Below are positions 8,144 through 17,001 of a stretch of DNA of 57,101 nucleotides, one piece after another. The DNA is from an uncultured Pirellula sp. (GTDB lineage: Bacteria; Planctomycetota; Planctomycetia; Pirellulales; PNKZ01): contig CAZWDN010000003.1 in NCBI GenBank assembly GCA_964633125.1, positions 1 to 57,101 of the forward strand. The letters are read 5' to 3'. The notes under the pieces are model-generated. The model saw only the letters and a list, made by a program, of their open reading frames with translations, did no database searches and was not told the DNA's origin. A program made the position numbers and the translations under genes. Within the stretch, counting starts at the first letter, position 1, and every line of letters starts with the position of its first letter.

Positions 8144-8980
8144 CTACTTAAGCTGTGGAGCGCCGGGAAGCTCCGGCTGTTGTGCTTGAAGCGTGCCGTT
8201 TCCGCTCGTGGCAGTTCCCGAAGAAAACCCAGAAACCGGCTGGACGCTGCCACCCTGCCCACCGGCAGGAATTCCCCCGGCATTTTGCACTGTCCCGCCC
8301 GGAAGCGTCGGTGTGCCGCTCGACATGGCGCCGGGCGTCGGATTCAGCGTCGGCGTCGAACCATTGGTTTGCTGCGTCAATCCGGCGGGGGTCGTTGCTG
8401 TTGTTGTTGCAGTCGTCGCCGTTCCTGCGGTCGCCGTGCCTGCCGGCTGACCGCCGTTCAGGCGACGTTGGTATTCCTGCTCCGCCAACTGCGTCTGCTT
8501 AACCATGTCTTCCGGGTTCTCGAAATCGAGTTGAAGAAAAGGCATATCCGGATACGGTTGCGTGGCGACGCCGCCGATGCGCCATTGCCCCTTGTCGAGC
8601 CGCATGGCCCAAACGAAATCGTTCACTTCCGGCTTGCCGTCCGGGCCGACATCCGTCCAGCGGCTTTCGACGTAAGCGAGTTGTCCTTGCTCGGCGACTT
8701 CCGTGGCCCCCACTTCGAACTTTGCGGTGGGGCTTCCCGGCGGAGCGACCATCAGATCCATGGCCCGCGTCTTCTCGCGAGCTAAGTCGGTGAGCATCGC
8801 TTCGGCTCCCTTATCGTTGCCGGTGCGAACCGACTCCAGGAACTGAAACACCACCGTGTGCGGCGGAACTTGCGGCGCCGCCGGAGCAGCCGGGGCTCCC
8901 GCATTCTCTTCCGACTTACTGCATCCCCAAGCAACGCAAAGCGCTGCCGCCAACATTCCCGTCGTTGCGATCCTTCGCAT
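8144..8980 (-). CDS. Hypothetical lipoprotein with Thr/Gly/Pro-rich tail
   Basis: Signal peptide with lipobox VAWGC, a globular alpha/beta core, and a low-complexity C-terminus. Confidence 0.7.
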   Translation of the reverse strand: MRRIATTGMLAAALCVAWGCSKSEENAGAPAAPAAPQVPPHTVVFQFLESVRTGNDKGAEAMLTDLAREKTRAMDLMVAPPGSPTAKFEVGATEVAEQGQLAYVESRWTDVGPDGKPEVNDFVWAMRLDKGQWRIGGVATQPYPDMPFLQLDFENPEDMVKQTQLAEQEYQRRLNGGQPAGTATAGTATTATTTATTPAGLTQQTNGSTPTLNPTPGAMSSGTPTLPGGTVQNAGGIPAGGQGGSVQPVSGFSSGTATSGNGTLQAQQPELPGAPQLK

Positions 8981-9255
8981 GGTCCCTCTCCTACGATGGC
9001 TTGGCCCCGAGTTCGTCTCGACGCCGCTTCATCCGTGAATCGTATATGACGCGTCGGGCCTTCGAGCCCGCGCCCAGTTCCGTCTAGCCGTCTACCGCAT
9101 ATTCCCGGCTCTTCCCACATCCCGAGCGACAACCGGGCGAGCGACTTCATGTCGCCGTCGCGCGGAAAATAGGAAGATCGTGTCGGAAGTCTGTCAGGAA
9201 CGAAAAATCGGGTCAAGACAAGTTCTGGCCGGCCCGGTTTTCTCGACGAACCGGC

Positions 9256-10725
9256 TTACCCTGCTCCGACGCCCCGATCGAAGGCGTCTTGTTCGCGGCG
9301 GTAGAGTGCTAGCTGCGCTTCAAATTCGGCCGCTGAGATGCGCCAGACCGGGGCGTCGTCCGTGTGGGCGTTACAGTGGGCGGACATCACGCGGTAGAGA
9401 AACTTAAACAGGTGCCGCGGCACCCGCAGGCCGCGAATTCCATCGATCAGCCGTCGGTCGCCGAGCGATTCGTCGAACATATCCTTCAGCGTCGGCTTCT
9501 TCCCGGCGAGCGCGCAGGCCCGCATGCGGGCATTGGCCACGTCGTACAAGGCCTCGCCGGTCCATTCGAGCGTCGGCACAACGTTTTGCTTATCGAGCCG
9601 GGAGCGTTGATAGAAGTCGCGGCTTTCCCGCTCCACGAAGTACGAAAGCTCGATCGGCAGCAGCAGCTTGAACCCTAAGCCCGGGTGCTTGAGGAATTTG
9701 TTGTCGAGCATCGGCCACAGCAGGGCCTTCATCTTATCGGGGGAACCGTTGACCAAGTGCGGCTCGTCCAGCCGATCGACCAGCACGACGATCGCCGGAT
9801 AACCGAGTGTTTGCAGCACGCCTTGGAACTTATGGAGCATTTCAAAGCGATCGTCGGTCCGCTGCTTGTTCGGCAACGGCTGTTGCAGCAGTTCGTCGTT
9901 CGTCAGCCGCATCAGCACTTTGCGTAACAGCCCTGAATTTCGTTCGAGCACGCGCAGGTTCGACGAAATACTCCGGGCCGTCCACCAGCGGCGCGTAAAC
10001 CGCCAAGCCCACGGCAACCATCCGGCCGCCACGACGACGTACGGCCAAACGCTTTCGAGCCAATCCCATTTGCCGAGCGACCCGATGAGCCCGCAAACCA
10101 CGGCCGTCACCAGGACGCCGATCAGCATCGGCTGCCAACTCTTCCAGGTGCGGAACTTGAGCGCCCGGCGGAGCCGATGCCAACGCACGCGAAACGGCTC
10201 GGCCGTCGATTGATCGTAGCAAGCGGCCAGCAGCAACAGATCGCGGGCCTCGTGCCGCGAGAGTTTGGCGACGTCCGGCTTCGCGTCGTCGCCCGCGGGC
10301 TGCACGACGCCGTCGACCAGTTTCGTCACGCCGAGCGCGAGGATCGAATCCATATGGTCCCAGAGCATCCATTGCTCCAACACCTTCTCCGGCGGGCGAT
10401 TGCCCCAGAGCGTATCGCGAAACCGATCGAGAAACGGATTGAAGTCGTCATACTGAATGACGAACGCCCGCTTCAACGGGCTGCGACGGTTGTGCTCGGC
10501 CAAATGCCGGGCGATCTGCAAACGCAGGGCGGTTTTGCCGGAACCCTTCTCGCCAAACACCACCGAAGTCGCCGGCTCCTGCGGGTCGCCGTAGATCTTG
10601 TCCCAACTGGGGTGATACGTACCGGCAATGCAGTGTTCCTTGAACACCGGATCTGTCTGGGCGTCTTCCTCGGCGAACGGATTCTTGCCCACGCCGTGAT
10701 GTTCGAGGAACTGCTGCAGCTTCAT
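9256..10725 (-). CDS. P-loop NTPase with two inserted TM helices (KAP-like architecture)
   Basis: Walker A GEKGSGKT, Walker B AIVVLVDRLDE, with two hydrophobic helices between them. Start taken at ATG 10725. Confidence 0.7.
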   Translation of the reverse strand: MKLQQFLEHHGVGKNPFAEEDAQTDPVFKEHCIAGTYHPSWDKIYGDPQEPATSVVFGEKGSGKTALRLQIARHLAEHNRRSPLKRAFVIQYDDFNPFLDRFRDTLWGNRPPEKVLEQWMLWDHMDSILALGVTKLVDGVVQPAGDDAKPDVAKLSRHEARDLLLLAACYDQSTAEPFRVRWHRLRRALKFRTWKSWQPMLIGVLVTAVVCGLIGSLGKWDWLESVWPYVVVAAGWLPWAWRFTRRWWTARSISSNLRVLERNSGLLRKVLMRLTNDELLQQPLPNKQRTDDRFEMLHKFQGVLQTLGYPAIVVLVDRLDEPHLVNGSPDKMKALLWPMLDNKFLKHPGLGFKLLLPIELSYFVERESRDFYQRSRLDKQNVVPTLEWTGEALYDVANARMRACALAGKKPTLKDMFDESLGDRRLIDGIRGLRVPRHLFKFLYRVMSAHCNAHTDDAPVWRISAAEFEAQLALYRREQDAFDRGVGAG

Positions 10726-10816
10726 GGGTGATCCGTCACGATGGCAGGCACGAAAGTGTGCCACTGCCGGGCAGGCCGGCAGCGGCACACATATTCAGGC
10801 GGCAAACTCCGAGTCG

Positions 10817-11383
10817 CTACTTCGCCTTGAGCCCTTCGACCATCTTCATGAAGCCCGGCTCGGCGGCGGCGATGGTCTTCTCCGGACCATACAGCTTGAC
10901 GAAGTACTGGCCCCCGTCTTTGGTCGAAATAATGGCGCCGAGCATCCGATAGTTGGGACGTTCGGTTCCGGGCCCCGGCACGAACGGGCCCGGTTTATCA
11001 AGGTAAACTCCCTTGATGTTGACGACATGCACCGGCTGGTCCGCGACCTTGAGTTGCTTGACGTCGGCTTTCACTTCGCCGTCGTCCGATTTGAACTGGC
11101 CTTTCCAGCGATCGATGTTGGCTTCGACGCCGCCGCCTGCCCCCATCACCGTCACGCGGCCGGCGAATTCGTCCCCTTCGGCCTTCGGCGTTTCAAATTC
11201 ATATTCGACGATCCGCGACCGGGGCTCTTTCGCTTCCCAATCGGCCGGGGCGACCAGCACGAACTTCTCGCCGATGTTAAACGGCGTCCCTTCCGCGGCC
11301 ACGGCTTGCGACGCGGCGCCGAGCACGACCAGCGCGCCCGCCGCTACCAAACGAAACGAAGTCATCGACGTCAGGCTCTTCAT
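10817..11383 (-). CDS. Hypothetical secreted protein
   Basis: Signal peptide ending AVAA. Contains GGGVEANIDRWKGQF and YFVKLYGP segments; codon usage matches neighbouring genes. Confidence 0.7.
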   Translation of the reverse strand: MKSLTSMTSFRLVAAGALVVLGAASQAVAAEGTPFNIGEKFVLVAPADWEAKEPRSRIVEYEFETPKAEGDEFAGRVTVMGAGGGVEANIDRWKGQFKSDDGEVKADVKQLKVADQPVHVVNIKGVYLDKPGPFVPGPGTERPNYRMLGAIISTKDGGQYFVKLYGPEKTIAAAEPGFMKMVEGLKAK

Positions 11384-11416
11384 CTTCAGCTCCCCTGAGG
11401 AAAGGCTATTCGTTAC

Positions 11417-12145
11417 TTAAAGCGTTTGCATTTCGGTCGAGCGGCGGCTCGTCTCCTCGTCGGCCGGATTCGGGCCGCGCGAGATCACAAAGTACGTCAC
11501 CCAAGCCAAAGCCGCGACCAACAGCACCAGCACGACGACCGTCGCGAGGTACGTGCCGTTAGAACGGCGTTGGTAGTATATCGCCGCCGCCGGCGGGGCG
11601 GAACCGACCGGCGCATGGCCGCCGGGCGTAGCCGTTGGTGCGGGCATCGGCGGCTGCGGGGCTGCGGCGACGGGCGATCCGGCCGACAGGTGCGGCCAGA
11701 CTGAAGCAGCCGGCCGCCACTCCGGCCAGTCCTGTCGCCAAACCATGGACGCCCCGACAATCCGTCCCTCGTGCAGCCATTGAAACATGGTCGCTCCGTC
11801 GGCCGGACCGAACGGCTGCCCGCCGTCGGCTGCGGAAACGTACCAGACCGCGGTCGGGTTCTCCGCCAGCGGGTCGACCGCCGGAGCCGATTGGATCGCG
11901 ACGATCCGCCCGACGGGGGCCGCAACCTCGGTGTAAGCCTGCGCTGCGGAAGGTTGCGCGGAGCCGGCGGGATTCGCGCTCGTCGCCGTTGGCGATTCTT
12001 CCGCCTCCGGCCGGTCGGGCAGCGTACTAGTTAGCGGAATCTGCACCGACGCGCCGCACTTCGGGCAGAGGCCGCGCTTCCCGGCCTGATGCTCTTTGAC
12101 GTTGATCCGCTTCGTGCAGGCCGGGCAAATAAATCGAATACCCAT
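11417..12145 (-). CDS. Zinc-ribbon + GYF_2 (DUF4339) domain membrane protein
   Basis: N-terminal CPAC...CPKC, the segment WYV...GQPFGP...WL.EGRI....VWRQDW.EW, and a C-terminal TM. Confidence 0.8.
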   Translation of the reverse strand: MGIRFICPACTKRINVKEHQAGKRGLCPKCGASVQIPLTSTLPDRPEAEESPTATSANPAGSAQPSAAQAYTEVAAPVGRIVAIQSAPAVDPLAENPTAVWYVSAADGGQPFGPADGATMFQWLHEGRIVGASMVWRQDWPEWRPAASVWPHLSAGSPVAAAPQPPMPAPTATPGGHAPVGSAPPAAAIYYQRRSNGTYLATVVVLVLLVAALAWVTYFVISRGPNPADEETSRRSTEMQTL

Positions 12146-12240
12146 CCGTCGGCGTTCTCGCGTGAGTGGTGCTGAACTGAAGATTATAGCCAAGGGCCGC
12201 AGGTCGGGTCGAACGGCATCAGGCCCGACATGGAAACTCC

Positions 12241-12415
12241 ACTTACGTCGATTGGTCAGACCGCTCACTGCGTACATAACTCGCGTTATGTACGCACCCC
12301 TTGTGGGTTTTGGGGTTGTGCGTACATAAGCCCGAGTTATGTACGCACGGCCGGATCGGCCCGTCGACGTAAGTCTGCAAAGTTGCAGGCACACTCCGTG
12401 TGCCTGCAACTTTGC
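12241..12415. repeat. Cluster of nested perfect inverted repeats (REP/BIME-like)
   Basis: 11-bp IR at 12241-12251/12364-12374 encloses 12-bp stems at 12269-12296 and 12318-12348. An 18-bp stem with a 3-nt loop lies at 12377-12415. Confidence 0.85.
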
Positions 12416-12530
12416 CTGCCATCCCGCAACCTACCGCCTTCCTCGGCAAACCTCCATGTCATTTTTGGCCGGCTGCTATACTGTCGGCGACTCGCCGGAT
12501 CTCGCTAGGTCGCACGCGGAGGAAGCTCCC

Positions 12531-13778
12531 TTGAAATCGTTCCATTGCCGCCGCTCATTCCGTCTTGCGTTGCTCGCAGCGCTGTCCGTTTGCAACGGTG
12601 CACCGCTGATTGCCGCCGAGCCGTCGACTTCGCTCACATCGACAGAGTTCTTCACGCGCCGCATCTTGCCGATCGCGCAGGCGCAGCGAGCTTCCAGTTG
12701 CACCGAGTGTCATTTTTCCGGCGTGGAACTCAAACAATACGTGCTGGCCGACGAAGCCGCGACGTTCGCCGCGCTGCGTCGCGCAGGCTTGATCGACGTC
12801 GCCCGGCCGGAACATTCGAAGCTGTTGCAATTCATTGCAAGGAAGCCGGAGCGCGAAGACCCGACGCTGGCCCGCGTGCGCACAGAAGAGCTCGCGGCCT
12901 TTCAAGGCTGGATCGCGGCGGCCGTTCGCAATCCCGAACTATTGGCAAGTTCACCGTCGCCCCAATCGATCGGCACCGCGTTGCCGCCCGAGGTGATTCG
13001 CCACGCGCGTCGCGACCACGTGCTGAACGCCTTCATCGAGAACGTCTGGGTCGAGATGGAACGCTGCGTCAATTGCCACTCGCCCGAGCGCAATCAGCGT
13101 TTCCGCAAAGAGCACGGCGAGCAAGTTTCTTGGATCACGCCCCGCGATCCCGCGGCCACGCTCCAATTCCTCGCCGATCAAGGACTGATCGACGTGGATG
13201 AACCGGAGAAGAGCTTGTTGCTGCTCAAGCCGCTCGGCGTCGTCGAACATGCGGGCCATGTGAAATTCGTCATCGGCAGCCGGACCGACAGACAGTTTCG
13301 CAGCTTTCTGAACGACTATGCCGCAGCCGTCCAAGGAAAATACCGCACGGCGAGCGAACTACCCAAGCCGCGCGAGCAAATCACGATCGCCACGGGCCAG
13401 CAGCTTCGGGTGACCGATCTACCGCTTGATTACGGCGGCCGCCTGATGCGCGTGCTACTGCACCGCCGGGAAGGAAACGGCTGGAGCAAGCGCCCGATCG
13501 CCACGGGCGACAGCGGCATCAACCCGAAGAACGGCCAATGGCAGAACCCGGTTTGCGAATTGGTCGACCGCCAAGACGCGACGCCGGAGCGACTGACGAA
13601 CCCGCGATTGCTTCCCGGCGAGCGGTACCTCGCCAAGCTCTACATCGACCGCGACAACCGCGCGGCCAAGGATTCGGCCTTTGAGTTCACGGAAAAGGAC
13701 CTCTTCGCCGAAATCGAATTCGCCGGCGAATGGAAGCCGGGCTACCTGACGCCGAAAATCATCTCGGCGAAGGACTAG
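12531..13778 (+). CDS. Secreted di-heme c-type cytochrome (planctomycete cytochrome c-like)
   Basis: GGAGG SD before TTG 12531, a signal peptide, and CTECH and CVNCH heme motifs. Confidence 0.7.
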   Translation: MKSFHCRRSFRLALLAALSVCNGAPLIAAEPSTSLTSTEFFTRRILPIAQAQRASSCTECHFSGVELKQYVLADEAATFAALRRAGLIDVARPEHSKLLQFIARKPEREDPTLARVRTEELAAFQGWIAAAVRNPELLASSPSPQSIGTALPPEVIRHARRDHVLNAFIENVWVEMERCVNCHSPERNQRFRKEHGEQVSWITPRDPAATLQFLADQGLIDVDEPEKSLLLLKPLGVVEHAGHVKFVIGSRTDRQFRSFLNDYAAAVQGKYRTASELPKPREQITIATGQQLRVTDLPLDYGGRLMRVLLHRREGNGWSKRPIATGDSGINPKNGQWQNPVCELVDRQDATPERLTNPRLLPGERYLAKLYIDRDNRAAKDSAFEFTEKDLFAEIEFAGEWKPGYLTPKIISAKD

Positions 13779-13814
13779 GCGAGCGTCGAGCCGTAAGGCC
13801 GACGTGTGCCTGAG

Positions 13815-14042
13815 CTATTTGCCCAGCACTTCTTCCTGCGGCGGCTCTTCTTGTTCCAAGAGCTCTTGGGCTTTGCGGAGCATCCACACCGCGTCGTCCG
13901 ATTCGAGGCACGGGCTGTAGGCGATGAAGCCGTCGTCGGGCACGGCGCCTTTGTAAATCGTGCAAACATGGACAAACTTCACCGGGCGGCGGCCGAGTTC
14001 TTCGAGAATCTGTTCCGTGGTGGCCAGTTCTAGTTCGATCAT
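13815..14042 (-). CDS. Small hypothetical protein (75 aa)
   Basis: AAGGA SD before ATG 14042. Plausible acidic small protein filling the gap between genes. Confidence 0.5.
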   Translation of the reverse strand: MIELELATTEQILEELGRRPVKFVHVCTIYKGAVPDDGFIAYSPCLESDDAVWMLRKAQELLEQEEPPQEEVLGK

Positions 14043-14262
14043 GGGCTCGGTCCTTACACTCGCGCGGTGAATGTCGCAGGTGCTCCGGCGTTCCGACGAC
14101 ACTTCGTCGCACGCCGTCCCTGGTAAACTCTACCACCAACCATAGAGCGCGAATGTGCACAGAGTTTATCGCCGTCGGAAAAACGCCGAGGATCATTCTG
14201 TAACGATTATGACGGCGGTTTTCCCACCCGATGGAGCCGCGGGTAAGCGACGCCGCGCGCCG

Positions 14263-15000
14263 TTACGGCACATTGTGAAACACGAACTGCATGAGGTTCT
14301 TCGTGCCGATCGTGCCGGCGGTCGAGAGCACTTCGCCGGCTTGAAAGCCCGCCGCCTGACCGTAATGCTCGGCCAGCGCGCGAACGCGCGAGAACACATG
14401 CGATTTGGCCGGCGGAAACTGCGTGGCGTAGCAACGAATACTGTCGAGCTTTTGCTCCAACGTTTCGGAGATATCCACGACGACGTGCCCCGCCCCCGGC
14501 GGCAACTCCAGCGAGCTGAAGTTGAGCGTGTAGTACAAGAGCGACGGCACCGTATGCACGGGCAGGCCTTCGAAATGCTCGTCCCATTTCGTGAGCCGCG
14601 AATAGAACACGGCCCCCTCGGTAATCAGCATCGCTTGATGATGGTCGGGCGACGCCAGCGGCGTCTTCTCGCCGAAGCCGATGATCAGCCGCGGCCGGAA
14701 CTTGCGAAACTGCTTCGCCAGCGCCGTACGGGCCTCGAACGAATCGAACAAGCGCCGATTGGGCAAATCGAGTTGCACGCGCGCGTGAACGCCGAGCGTT
14801 GCGGCGGCCGCGCGAGCTTCGGCGGCCCGCACTTCGGGGCCGGGCGAAAGCGGCGTCGGTTCGCCGTCGGTCAGATCGATAATGCCGACCTTGAACCCCT
14901 GCTTTACGAGCGAGGCCAACGTCCCGCCGCAAGCAATCTCCACATCATCGGGATGCGCCCCGACGGCAATCACATCAAGCTTCAAATCATCTTCGGCCAT
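14263..15000 (-). CDS. bshB1: PIG-L family deacetylase, BshB1-like
   Basis: [26 protein letters not shown] and SPDH motifs. Confidence 0.75.
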   Translation of the reverse strand: MAEDDLKLDVIAVGAHPDDVEIACGGTLASLVKQGFKVGIIDLTDGEPTPLSPGPEVRAAEARAAAATLGVHARVQLDLPNRRLFDSFEARTALAKQFRKFRPRLIIGFGEKTPLASPDHHQAMLITEGAVFYSRLTKWDEHFEGLPVHTVPSLLYYTLNFSSLELPPGAGHVVVDISETLEQKLDSIRCYATQFPPAKSHVFSRVRALAEHYGQAAGFQAGEVLSTAGTIGTKNLMQFVFHNVP

Positions 15001-15015
15001 GGAACACATTCGCGG

Positions 15016-15523
15016 ATCAGAGAAGGAGATAGGGAGATCGGAGGAGATATTGGAGACGGGAGATCGAGCTAATATTTCGGTGCGTGAGCTTCCAAGCCGA
15101 CGCGCCGAAAGTCGGCCTTGTCCTTGAAAAAAGTGACGAGCAAACCTGTCTTGAGTCCCGCCGCCTTGAGATACGAACGGAGTTGCGAGTAGTGAGCCTT
15201 CGTCAACTTCTCCACGGCTTTCAATTCCACAATCAGACTGTCGCGAACCACTAGGTCGAGTCGGTGCCTACCGACGAGTTCGCTGTTGTAGCAGATATCA
15301 ATTTCGTATTCGGTTTTGAATGGAATCTCGGAATTCTTCAAATCAACAGCTAATGCCCGATGGCAAATATTTTCCAAAAAGCCGGGACCAAGCGCCTTAT
15401 GGACGCGAATGATGGACGCGATCACCTCCTGCGAAAGCTTGTCGACGGAATAGTCTTTGAGAGGTTCTCGCCCGTCCCGTCTTACCCGATCTCCAGAATC
15501 TCCGGCCATCCCCTTCTCTGAAA
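15016..15523 (-). mobile_element. GxxExxY cassette bounded by imperfect inverted purine/pyrimidine arms
   Basis: tcagagaagg at 15017 and its reverse complement at 15512-15521, with ggagat-periodic arms. The interior is visibly more AT-rich than the flanks. Confidence 0.55.
15069..15509 (-). CDS. GxxExxY protein (PD-(D/E)XK-like)
   Basis: [14 protein letters not shown] (motif Tyr replaced by Cys), RLDLVV...IVELKAV, and QLRSYLK...GLLVTF. Confidence 0.85.
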   Translation of the reverse strand: MAGDSGDRVRRDGREPLKDYSVDKLSQEVIASIIRVHKALGPGFLENICHRALAVDLKNSEIPFKTEYEIDICYNSELVGRHRLDLVVRDSLIVELKAVEKLTKAHYSQLRSYLKAAGLKTGLLVTFFKDKADFRRVGLEAHAPKY

Positions 15524-15526
15524 AAG

Positions 15527-16789
15527 CTACGCAGCCGGCTTTACGACGGAAAGGAGAAAGGTCGGGTTGAGGGCGTCGAAGCGGATGCGTTCTAGCTGGT
15601 GGGTGCCGCGGGCCACGTTAAGCATCCAAACGTTCGCATGGCCGGCCTTGCGTTGAAGCGTGGCTTGCAACTCGGCAAGGTTTTCAATGCTGCCGGTATT
15701 GGCGACCAGCCGGCCGCCGGGCTTGAGGCGCTCGTAAGCCAAATCGACCAAACGGCCGATCTCGCGCCCCAGGCCGCCGACGAACACCGCGTCGGGATCA
15801 GGCAACGCGGCCCAAGCTTCGGGCGCTTGGCCGAGTACCGGCTGCAAGTTGCGCACCCCGAAGCGCTCGGCGTTCGATACGATCAGCCCGTGATCGCCGG
15901 GGTCCATTTCAATGGCGTAGGTCGTGCCGCCGGAAGCGATCTTCGCCGCCTCGATCGCCACGGAGCCGCTTCCCGCGCCGATGTCCCACACAATGCTGCG
16001 CGGGCCCAGGTCCATTTCCGCCAAGGCCCAGGTGCGCACTTCGGCCGGCGTGAGCAGCCCCTTCTTCGGCTTGGCTTGCTGGAACATCTCGTCGGGGTTG
16101 CCGAACAGCCGCTGGCCGATCGCTTCCGCCGGCCGATCCGGCACGTTCGGCTTGCGCACCAAGATCATGACGTTCAGCGGACCAAACTCTTCGGCGGCGA
16201 TCTCCTTGAGTTCGCCTTGCGTTACACATTCATCCGGCGAGCCGAGATTTTCGCAGACGTAGGCGGTGAAGTAGTCGATGCCGCGCTCGAGCAGCGCCTT
16301 GGCGACGCCCGCCGGCGAATGTTGCTCGCTCGTAAACAGACCGACTTTCTCCGCCGAGCGAATGCGCTCGACCACATGCTCCAGCGTGTGGCTCGCTAGG
16401 TTCGTAAGATACGCCTCTTCCCAATTCTCCTTTACGCGCGCAAACGCCAACTGCATGCTGCTCACATGCGGCACGACGTCGAACCGATTCTTGCCGAGCT
16501 TTTCGCACAGGAAACGCGAGATGCCGTAGAAGAGCGGATCGCCCGACACAAGCACCACGGCCGTGCCCGACGCGTGCGCCCTCAAGCGGGCGACGACCGG
16601 TTCTAAGTTGGCCCCCAACACGACGCGCTCGGCCGACGACTTCGGAATGAGCCCGAGCGTGTGGTCGCCGCCGACCAAGAGCGAAGCGGACGTGATGAGC
16701 CCTCGAGCGGCGGCGGTGATGCCGTCGAAGCCGTCGTCGCCGATGCCGATGATGTAGATCTTGCCGCCCGCCTGCGAATCGTTAGCCAC
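15527..16789 (-). CDS. cbiET: Bifunctional precorrin-6Y C5,15-methyltransferase (CbiE-CbiT/CobL)
   Basis: IYIIGIG, VLVSGDPLFYG and VSSMQLAFAR (CbiE); VWDIGAGSGSVAIE and PDAVFVGG (CbiT). Confidence 0.9.
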   Translation of the reverse strand: MANDSQAGGKIYIIGIGDDGFDGITAAARGLITSASLLVGGDHTLGLIPKSSAERVVLGANLEPVVARLRAHASGTAVVLVSGDPLFYGISRFLCEKLGKNRFDVVPHVSSMQLAFARVKENWEEAYLTNLASHTLEHVVERIRSAEKVGLFTSEQHSPAGVAKALLERGIDYFTAYVCENLGSPDECVTQGELKEIAAEEFGPLNVMILVRKPNVPDRPAEAIGQRLFGNPDEMFQQAKPKKGLLTPAEVRTWALAEMDLGPRSIVWDIGAGSGSVAIEAAKIASGGTTYAIEMDPGDHGLIVSNAERFGVRNLQPVLGQAPEAWAALPDPDAVFVGGLGREIGRLVDLAYERLKPGGRLVANTGSIENLAELQATLQRKAGHANVWMLNVARGTHQLERIRFDALNPTFLLSVVKPAA

Positions 16790-17001
16790 GGATTGGTCCT
16801 ACGAGTGTGAGTACCGCCGCACGTGTCGGCAGTTGGAAATGGCACGGTGAAAAGGCATGGAATAGCGCATTGTTCCTGCCGGGCTCGGGAAGTGTCAAGC
16901 GCGGCCGGCTTCACCGCTCGGCGCCGTGCATTGAATCACGCCGTCGGGCGCGGTAGAACGACGAACTTCTCCGAACTGAAACCTCGCACCCTCGCCGCCC
17001 G

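Noticed and set aside
12241-12415. Possible mini CRISPR array
   Set aside because: Only two related units, in inverted rather than direct orientation, with no unique spacer series and no cas genes.
15527-16789. Isolated cbiET as a sign of a novel pathway
   Set aside because: Scattered cobalamin genes are common, and nothing in the sequence indicates a changed function.
16790-17001. Cobalamin riboswitch upstream of cbiET
   Set aside because: No GGGAA/GGTG..AA.CC core or B12-box found by eye on the minus strand. An Infernal search with the Rfam cobalamin models would be decisive.
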